64,000 nt of DNA from contig OZ076413.1 of the NCBI GenBank assembly GCA_964187785.1, forward strand, positions 30,752,001 through 30,816,000. Reading direction: 5' to 3'. Below, piece by piece: positions 1 through 7,325 of the stretch (position 1 is the stretch's first letter; each line of letters opens with the position of its first letter). The DNA is from Amphiscolops sp. MND2022. Its lineage: Eukaryota. Below the pieces are notes generated by a model. It saw nothing but the letters and a program-made list of their open reading frames with translations, made no database searches and was not told where the DNA came from. The translations under genes and the position numbers were made by a program.

Positions 1-506
1 TATAAGTCTGAGATAAGACAAGTGCAATGTAAGCAAAGAGAAAGTGGAGAATAAGAGTCGAGGGGGAGAAGGGGGAGAGTAAGTGTAAGAGAAGTAGAGG
101 AATTGATAAGTTGAGAGAGAGAGAGAGAGCTGTAAGTTGAGCTCAGCCGTCCGGCGGGAAAGAATGAATCTCCAGCCTGTGCGCGCGGTATAAAAACAGT
201 TCAGCACAGCTGTTGAAGTGCCTGGCCGGCATGTGTTGCATGCTACCAATGGTAGCTCAGCTTTAAAATTCAAATATCCGCGGTAAGAAATAGAAATTTT
301 CACTAGTGCAATTCCTTTCCCGTAGTATTCCATTACTTATTACTCCACTTCGAGGCCGCCGCGTTATGGCCGCCGCCATATTTACTTCAACTTTCCACTC
401 TCCACACAACGTTAGTTCAAGTTTTATGTTTCTCTTTGCACGTGTTATTTTTTATAATAGAAAGCGCCTTTTGGTGATTCGTTAGAGCGTTAGTCATAGC
501 GCGACA
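1..506 (-). repeat. 3' LTR (partial, truncated by window edge)
   Basis: Matches 16305-16810 with no indel; one substitution seen by eye (444 g vs 16748 a). Begins TGTCGCG on the minus strand. Confidence 0.95.
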
Positions 507-518
507 GCTCACCCCCCT
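507..518 (-). promoter_or_regulatory. Polypurine tract (PPT)
   Basis: Minus strand AGGGGGGTGAGC directly abuts the TG start of the 3' LTR. Confidence 0.75.
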
Positions 519-620
519 GGCAGGGTGAAAAAGCAACAACTTTACTAGAGAAATTTGGGGTCAGGTCAAGAAAGAGGTATTAGGTGAAAGAGCATGAGGG
601 AAGGGGGACATGTTTTAGCA

Positions 621-1523
621 CTAGGGTTTAGAAAAAAGGGGTCTGTCAAATTGAATTTGGATTATGACGGAGTCATTGTTTAGGAAGGCTTCTCTAAAGT
701 TTACCAGGAGTTTTGTGTGCGCGATGAAGTCTTCTCTCATCAGTCCTGGGAGTGTGTAGTCGTTCTTGTGCGGGTCTTCATACTCTTCTGTTTTGGAGGG
801 ATAGGGAAAGGAGATGGACCATTTGTTGTTCTTGTCTTTTTGGTCTATGATTGAGACGATCAATTGTTGCTCGAAAGGCCACGTCCGTGGGAGAGTGAAG
901 TCGCTGGGGTGTAGATCACAAGAAATTGAGGAATGGGTTCCGCGGAAGATGTTGGCGCCATAAGGGAATAGTCTGAGGGATATTTTGCAGCCGGTTAGGT
1001 GGGTAGTGTAGATAGGGCTAGTGAAGCTATTTTTGATGTTGTTCAACGCATCATTCGGGGAGGTCTTTGCTTTTCTGTATAGTGTGGAAAAAGCGGGTAT
1101 GTGCCAAAGGATGGGTTCACCACTTCTTGCGTCTAATACGTTGGTTTTGTTGAGTAGGGCGCCTTGAAACTTGATTGTCGCTTGTAGATTGGATATTGTG
1201 AGTTCCAAGTGATTACATTTAGTCCGCGTTTCTTCTGCCAAGTTTTGGAGTTGTTTCATTTCACTAGCAAACTTTGTTCTAGGCTGTTTTATGTCGGTTA
1301 TGGGAAACGATTTCCTTAGGATCGGGGTTACCTTTTTACTTTGTGGGCTAGTTGAGACTTCCAGTTCAGCGATCCATTTGTTCAATCTTTTGATTCCCTC
1401 GAGTGTCTCGAGGTCATCTTTATTCTCTGTCCTGGATAGAGGTGGCCAGTCGTTAGCTTTGGGGAAGGAAGGAGTGCTTTTTGGGATGAAGGGGATAGCG
1501 TCTGGGTTTAGCCTCCGATTCAT
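621..1523 (-). CDS. TRAF-like accessory protein: N-terminal PAM2-like motif, coiled coil, TRAF-C/MATH domain; no RING or zinc fingers
   Basis: aa ~135-293 (GEPILWHIP...FTSPIYT...GCKISLRLFPYG...RGTHSS...WPFEQQLIVSIIDQ...FLNNDSVIIQIQFD) follows the TRAF-C pattern (G.LIWKI...S.PFYT...GYK...R.Y.NG.G.G.GTHLS...WPF.QKV...L.DQ...Y..DD..FI...VD). Heptad-like stretch at aa ~86-128. LNPDAIPFIP at aa 5-14. Confidence 0.9.
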   Translation of the reverse strand: MNRRLNPDAIPFIPKSTPSFPKANDWPPLSRTENKDDLETLEGIKRLNKWIAELEVSTSPQSKKVTPILRKSFPITDIKQPRTKFASEMKQLQNLAEETRTKCNHLELTISNLQATIKFQGALLNKTNVLDARSGEPILWHIPAFSTLYRKAKTSPNDALNNIKNSFTSPIYTTHLTGCKISLRLFPYGANIFRGTHSSISCDLHPSDFTLPRTWPFEQQLIVSIIDQKDKNNKWSISFPYPSKTEEYEDPHKNDYTLPGLMREDFIAHTKLLVNFREAFLNNDSVIIQIQFDRPLFSKP

Positions 1524-2122
1524 TGTGCTGAGATGGCTCTTAGGGGGACCGTTAGTCTTTGTCCCTTTAGGGCTGGGTTCTCTATGGTGTACTCTTGTCT
1601 CTTGTTATCCCAGAAAACGATTTTCCAAGTTGAGAATTGTGGGAGGAGAGTGTATTTCAACTCTGTGTTGAATCTGGGCTTCTTAACGTGTCTTGCTCGT
1701 TTAGTGAAGTACTCCCGCTTGTGTTGTTTCTTCAGTGGCGTGTCATCTGTTATTTTGTCATTCCATTGTTGTTGGTGTTTCCTGGGTAGTGCCCGTCTTA
1801 TGTCTTTTCCGCCGAAGCGGGGTGGATGTTGGGGCGATCGAGGTGGATGTTGAGTTGATGGGATAGGCGCTACCTCTTCTGTAAATGACAGCGGAAAGGG
1901 GAGTTGTAGTGATGTCGTTGGAGAGGGTGTTGTTGTTAGGGCGCTTGGAATCGGAGAAGGAACTGTTGAGTCTGGGGGATCTAGGAGAAAGGTAATAGTT
2001 GTGGGAGAAGCAGGTGACAGCAGGTCAGAAGGTGATAAGGGTTCTATCTGCAAGTCGTCTTCTAAGATAGAGTTAGGGATGTCGTCGTCCAGGTTTGGGA
2101 GGTCGAATAAGGGTTCTAAATT
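1520..2122 (-). CDS. Accessory ORF without AUG: acidic/Pro-Ser-Thr-rich N-terminus, basic NLS-like patch, short beta-rich C-terminus
   Basis: The frame is open from 2122 (NLEPLFDLPNLDDDIPNSILEDDLQIEPL...) to TGA at 1520-1522 and contains no Met. It is preceded by GTTTACGTTTAG, which is acceptor-like. Its stop overlaps the TRAF ORF start (ATGA). Confidence 0.6.
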   Translation of the reverse strand, partial: NLEPLFDLPNLDDDIPNSILEDDLQIEPLSPSDLLSPASPTTITFLLDPPDSTVPSPIPSALTTTPSPTTSLQLPFPLSFTEEVAPIPSTQHPPRSPQHPPRFGGKDIRRALPRKHQQQWNDKITDDTPLKKQHKREYFTKRARHVKKPRFNTELKYTLLPQFSTWKIVFWDNKRQEYTIENPALKGQRLTVPLRAISAQ

Positions 2123-2153
2123 CTAAACGTAAACTACGAAATGAGATAATAAT

Positions 2154-4303
2154 TCATATTGGAGCAACAAAGCTCTGTACCGAGGGATATAGTGATTCCT
2201 CTTTTTGTTTTAGGATTTGGAGTTCTACTCCTTTTTCTTCGTCTTCTGTTTTTACCCTTTTGTCTTCAATGCTATCCTCGAAAGGGGCCCGCGGGGTAAA
2301 TACGGAAGTTAAAACAGAGGTAAAGAAAAGGTTGTACGAAGCACTGAGCAAGGTTTTAGTGAAGCTCAGTGTGTTACCTGTAAGGTGACGAAGTTCGAAG
2401 TAGCGGAAGACTAGTACCGTGATATCTATGACGAACTTGATAAAAAGGAAAGCGCCAAAGTACGCTCCGCAGAGTTCTAGTACATAAGATATACTTCCGA
2501 ATGTTTCGAGGAACTGATTTTTAAAGTAGTCGGGTGAAATCATTCCGTCGACATAGAAATCTGTACGAGGTGCGTAATACGCGAAGGATTCTGGTCCGCT
2601 GTGGGCCATGGAGGGTATGATGAGCTCTCTTGAGAACTTCTGGAGGGCATTACGTGATGCGGCGCTGATGAGGATGTTGTCCCAAAACTCGGAGAGTTGC
2701 TTGGGAGTGTACATTCCCGCGTCCTGTGATCCTGGGAAAGATCTGGTAATCATTGGCTGGATGTCTTTGGGTCCGAAGATAGCAGGCCGGTCCCGATGTT
2801 CGGGTGAAGGTGTAAGGGTGAACCAGGAGTCCTTGTCTTCCATGTCCAGTTGGAAGAGGTTCTTAATACGATCTGTGCAGTTTTGTACGTTCGCGTTAGG
2901 ATATGTTTGTCGGGTTATGGGGTCTACAAAGGCGACCACTCCCTTGTAGAAGATTGGTATGCGGTCGTAGCATTGGTTCATCGTGTGAAGAGGTGAGTGG
3001 GATTCCGGGCAGTGGTAGAGCCATGCGAGGCTACCATCTGTGTTCAGGAACATCGAGCGATTTCCCGTGAGCATGTATCCGGCGAGTCGTGGGTTTTCCA
3101 TGGATAACATCAGGATGGTAAGGATTTGTGTTCGTTCTTGCTCACATTGAGCTTTCAATAGCTGGATCTCTGAAGCTTCGAGTAAGCGGGTGCTCTCAAA
3201 GAAGAGATAATCTAACTTGGTTCCTTGGTGGAGTTCGTAATCCATGTTGAGATAATGTGGTGTGTTGGGGTTGGAGTCGCTGGGGCCTCTGAAGAGGTGG
3301 AGTCTGCCATTACCAGAACCATCGTTGGGTGAGTAATATTGAAGTTTGGAGGTTTCTCCCATGGAGATGCCGAGTCGTCTGCCAGAAGTCATGTCGAAGC
3401 CACCAAATTGGGTCGAAACGTAGAGGGATTCATAATTGGTAGGGTAGACATCATCGGGTTTGTTGCAGTATTTCTGTGGCCTGTTGTATATTTCGAATAG
3501 GAACTTGGTAGTGGAGTCGTTGCCGCTAACTATATAGTAGTTAGAGCCATGTTTGATCATATTCACTATTTCTTTTCTGTGGACTGCGAGCACGCAGTTA
3601 TCTGGCTCTGCCCATGTATAGGCGTACGGGTCCAATGACGTGGTTTCGCAGCCGAGTTGTTCCAGGGGGCAGGGGAGAACCATCTGGAAGGGTGTGAGGA
3701 TTTTCCCGTCTCTGGTTTTGACTGATAATTCTACGTCTTGAATATGAGATTCGAAGGTTTCGCGTTTAATCCATCCGCCTGTCTTGCACTCATTACGGGT
3801 ATCAGGGTCACGTACTCCATCCCAACTTTTTCCGTATTTGGCGTTTCTCGTCTGTACTTGTTTGACTCCTTTCTTAAATTTGAGGGGTTGTCCATGGATC
3901 ATGACTTCTTTGCCTTCGCCCATGGCCTTACAGGTTTCGGGTGACAAGGAAATATCGCTGGTGATTCCGTTGTGTAGGATTGACATACTGGAGTGGTCAT
4001 TATGACCACAATGCCATTCTTCACACTCTGGTGTTTCACACGGCACATAGTAGCGTTGATAGTGCGACGAAAGTGTTTAGTGTATAACGTCACGCTAGCA
4101 CGACTTACTTCTAAGTTTTCCGGGGCCACATTGCATTGCTCTACTTGATTCAAGGCGTAGAGCTTATTTTGTGTCATTTCGCCGCAGTCGAAATGAGTTA
4201 CTCGCAATTTTTTAGCAACGCTAGCGAGGTTTGGCGTTGAACGTTGTGAGTTCACAACGGGCGCGAAATTGGCGCATAAGAAGAGTAAGAAAAATAATTT
4301 CAT
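2154..4303 (-). CDS. env: Envelope-like type I membrane glycoprotein, probably class III fusogen-like; ~715 aa if the single frameshift near 4020-4030 is repaired
   Basis: Signal peptide MKLFFLLFLCANFAPVVNS. Cys-rich ectodomain starting HFDC...YALNQVEQC and continuing WHCG, with N-glycosylation sequons. C-terminal hydrophobic segment YVLELCGAYFGAFLFIKFVIDITVLVF. ORFs 3899-4303 and 2154-4046 overlap in different frames and join as ...CRVKHQS(EE)WHCGHND. Confidence 0.85.
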
Positions 4304-4382
4304 TGTTGAAATTCTTCAGTCTGTTTTTGAATCAACCGTGTAATCGCTCCCTGTTAAAGAATCAGTTTAAGTGTTTAGTAGA

Positions 4383-4838
4383 GACCGTAAAGAGGCAAGC
4401 CGTAATATCAAACCGGCAGCTTAGCTGGCACAACACTAAGCGGAGGTTAAAATTTTATAGTAGTAACCTCACTACTGTTAAAACGTGCCGAGGGGAACGA
4501 TAAGTATTTTATTATTTCAGGGAAATAGGTGTGTGTTCCAGAGAGGAGGATTCGTAGTAAGGCCGTAAAAAGGCAAGTCGTAATATCAAACCGACAGCTT
4601 AGTGGGCACTAGCACTAAGCGGAGGCTAAAATTTTATAGTAGTAACCTCACTACTGTTAAAAAAAAAGTGCCGAAGAGTAGGTTAATTATTGGAGCTTTA
4701 GTATATTTTATTATTGAGGATCCGTTATAAGGCCGTAAAAAGGCAAGCCGTAATATCAAACCGGCAGCTTAGTGGGCACTCGCACTAAGCGGAGGTTAAA
4801 ATTTTATAGTAGTAACCTCACTACTGTTAAAAAGTGCC
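4383..4838 (-). ncRNA. Three copies (4383-4489, 4561-4672, 4731-4838) of a ~108-nt structured, pseudoknotted cis-RNA motif upstream of env
   Basis: Conserved pairings AGUAG/CUACU with GAGGUUA/UAACCUC (H-type pseudoknot), GCUUAG(UG)/(CA)CUAAGC, GCCG/CGGC, and 5' GGCAC with loop GUGCC. Compensatory GCCG/CGGC to GUCG/CGAC change in the middle copy. Spacers between copies are unrelated. Confidence 0.7.
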
Positions 4839-4883
4839 AAAATAGGAAGTTAAAAGAGACTAACTTCAACCATTGCTGAAAGT

Positions 4884-5228
4884 TCAATTGTAGTTGTCAC
4901 GGATTGATTGTAGACTGGGAGAGGTTTTGTTTCGTCTTCTCAATTCGAGGAAGTCAATGAGCTTGTTGAGGAGGAACAGTGTTAGAGGGTGGATGTGGTC
5001 GAGATAGGCAATTTGCCTATATTCCTTTAGTGCGAGTGAGAGATCAGTAGCCTCTTGGGAGTTGGTGTCAACTGGGATGAGCCAATGTCCTGGGTTTTGC
5101 GGTCGGAGGCTATGGAGTTCGATTTGTAGTGAAGGTGCGTTTTCTTTCCAAGCGATAGAGAGAATTTCGAGAAGTGTATTTGTTTCAGGGTGGCGCCAGA
5201 GAAACTTGAGTTGAATCTTAAACATCAT
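4884..5228 (-). CDS. Small accessory ORF (114 aa), unknown function
   Basis: ATG start overlaps the upstream ORF stop (ATGATGTTTAA). Globular-looking composition; shares a motif with neighbouring small ORFs. Confidence 0.7.
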   Translation of the reverse strand: MMFKIQLKFLWRHPETNTLLEILSIAWKENAPSLQIELHSLRPQNPGHWLIPVDTNSQEATDLSLALKEYRQIAYLDHIHPLTLFLLNKLIDFLELRRRNKTSPSLQSIRDNYN

Positions 5229-5613
5229 AAGTGTCGACTAGGCTGTGAAGGTATTTGATTCTAACTTCTTCTTCGAAGGGGTTGGAGGTGAGAGTGATGT
5301 CCATAAAATAAACCAAGTCGTCGAAAGCCTTGTCTTTGAGAACTGCGGGGTGTTGGAGGATGTATTGCTTGAACGAAAGGAATAAGTAGGCGTATTCCTT
5401 GGATCCGAAGTGAATAGGGAAGAGGACTAGAGCTTCTTTGTCTTCTGGTGTGAGTATACGCACTTGAATCGCAGAGGTTGTGATCTCGTAGAAGATTGAC
5501 TGTATTTCGTATTGGCCCTTGAGTTGTATGGGAGTCCAAGGAACAGGAGGTTGAAACTGTGTGTGGAAGTAGTAATTATTTCCGCGGAACACGGCGACTG
5601 CGGGAGAGGACAT
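5218..5613 (-). CDS. Small accessory ORF (131 aa), unknown function
   Basis: ATG overlaps the previous stop as TAATG at 5611-5615; shared motif with neighbours. Confidence 0.72.
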   Translation of the reverse strand: MSSPAVAVFRGNNYYFHTQFQPPVPWTPIQLKGQYEIQSIFYEITTSAIQVRILTPEDKEALVLFPIHFGSKEYAYLFLSFKQYILQHPAVLKDKAFDDLVYFMDITLTSNPFEEEVRIKYLHSLVDTYDV

Positions 5614-5834
5614 TAAATGACTGACTTGGCTCTTGTGACGACTTCAGTAGGGGTGTTGTTATATAGCAAGCTCTCCAGTAGAGGGTAGATAGGTGATGCT
5701 GGCACACAAGTGTAGGTTTCACTTTCTTCTTCTGCTATTGCGTATGCTTGTACGATAATGTTCTGCGTTGAGGGTTCCTTCTGGATATCTGTGATTTGTG
5801 AAAGACGGTTGTCGATTTTGAAGATTATGATCAT
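5613..5834 (-). CDS. Small accessory ORF (73 aa), unknown function
   Basis: First of three coupled ORFs; starts at the edge of the AT-rich 5835-6123 spacer; shared motif with neighbours. Confidence 0.62.
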   Translation of the reverse strand: MIIIFKIDNRLSQITDIQKEPSTQNIIVQAYAIAEEESETYTCVPASPIYPLLESLLYNNTPTEVVTRAKSVI

Positions 5835-6123
5835 CTGTGAGATACTTCAGTGTTCACTGTTGTTCAAACATGGCAAATCTGAGAATGTAATCATCAGTTA
5901 TTTCATTGCGTTGGAGGACAGAGGTGTTTGAAAAGTATAAACACGATCTCGTAGAAGATCGTGGTTGAGTACAGAGAAGTTTCAAAAGATATATTCTATC
6001 TATTGTAGGATTATCGTAGGCGGTTTAGGCAAATAACCATAAGATATTGTTATAAAATAAGAGATAAATATTTGTTTAAGCATGCATTACTTTAGGACAA
6101 AAAAAAGCTAAGATATCTTCAGA

Positions 6124-6768
6124 ATGAGTAACAACAACGAGTCTGACTACTACGAGGAATCATCGACCGATGAGGAAACAGTTGCGTCTGCTGCTTCGTC
6201 GTCTGCTCCCTCGTCGTCTGCTCCCTCGTCGTCTGCTCCCTCGTCGTCTGTGGGCCCTTCGTCGGCCGCTGGGCCTTCTTTGTCGTTGGCTGGGCCTTCT
6301 TTGTCGGCGGCTGGGCCGTCCTCCTCTTCTGCGCCTGTTGCTGCTGTGGCCCCCAGGCCAGTCCTGCAGGCCTCCACAGTAGTGGCTCAAGGGGTTTTAG
6401 AGAACCCCGGAGAGCAGAGTTTTCTCAGCCTCTTTAACCGGAGGGACGTGGACCGGTTAGAGAATTGGGCCTCTTTGTCCCGTTCCATGCGGGGGTCTCC
6501 CGGGTTTGCCTTATCTGGGGCGCCCATCCCAAATGCCTTTGTGAGCTTCTTGAGGGCCAACCTGGGAGCCCGTTGGGAGGGAACCCTCCTGTCCCCTCTA
6601 GGGGAATTAGTGCTGTGTTAACTGAGGGCCTATATAGATGGGTTCTGCCAGTTGACCAGCTTCGAGAGGGGGCAGTGGGTGAGGCTGTACCAGTTATGGA
6701 CCAGAGAGGAGCGGGCTTCCCAGTTGAGGCGGCTAGCGGAGAAAGGCGGTTTCCTGGAGATTGAGTAG
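6124..6768 (+). CDS. Antisense accessory ORF (acidic N-terminus, Ser/Ala/Pro repeats, helical-looking C-terminus) with an in-frame TAA at 6619-6621
   Basis: ATG 6124 to TAA 6621 gives 165 aa. The same frame stays open for 48 more codons (LRAYIDGFCQLTSFERGQWVRLYQLWTREERASQLRRLAEKGGFLEIE) to TAG 6766-6768. 15-bp (SSSAP x3) and 21-bp tandem repeats keep the frame. Confidence 0.55.
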
Positions 6769-6930
6769 GCGCAAGTCGCCTCTCATCTCCAGGAAAATTC
6801 TCTACTATTTTTATACGCTTCTGTGCTTGTGGCTTTTCGTAAGTCATGTTCGGGATTGCACAAATAATATCGATAAACGGAAGTAGAATATATTAAAGGT
6901 AATACATCGCTAATAGGTTAAATGTGCCGG

Positions 6931-7317
6931 CTAGGAGCTAGGTGAGGAGATAGTCGAGCAGCAGAATAGGTCCTTTTGAGTATTGGGTGAGGAAGGTTGT
7001 AGGTCAGGAATTAGGGTAGGCATGTAGGATAAGAGTTCTTCTAGGATAGGGTCGTGATGGTTGACTGCATGGTAGGCTAGGTGCTGATATAGTTGAGCAA
7101 ACGTTTTGGATTCTGGGTGAACATGAAGATTTGATTTTCGGGGCGTAGGTTGTTTGTGGGGGCTCGGGTCTGGGTCGTTGGAGTAGAAGCAAATTCTAAT
7201 TAGTTTGTTTGTGTAGGTCCAGTAGATTTTTGTGATTGTAACGTGTAGAACGTTTAAGGATTGGAGTTCTCGTGGAACTTGCCATGATAAATTTAGGTAA
7301 ACTTTATGACAAGGCAT
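6931..7317 (-). CDS. Small accessory ORF (128 aa) immediately after pol
   Basis: ATG lies 8 nt downstream of the pol stop; shares a motif with the 73/131/114-aa ORFs. Confidence 0.65.
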   Translation of the reverse strand: MPCHKVYLNLSWQVPRELQSLNVLHVTITKIYWTYTNKLIRICFYSNDPDPSPHKQPTPRKSNLHVHPESKTFAQLYQHLAYHAVNHHDPILEELLSYMPTLIPDLQPSSPNTQKDLFCCSTISSPSS

Positions 7318-7325
7318 GATGTAGA

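Noticed and set aside
4383-4838. Repeat-spacer-repeat layout suggesting a CRISPR array
   Set aside because: Repeats are ~108 nt, only three, with unequal spacers, no cas genes, and a eukaryotic retroelement context.
4383-4838. Assignment to a known ribozyme (hammerhead, HDV-like, pistol, twister)
   Set aside because: No CUGANGA/GAAA core. Stem order does not fit HDV-like. It resembles pistol in the P1/pseudoknot/A-rich linker but lacks P2. Left unassigned.
6434-6847. 137-aa minus-strand ORF and the short overlapping ORFs at 6150-6390
   Set aside because: Best explained as shadows of the GC-rich, repetitive plus-strand ORF; low-complexity translations with no motif.
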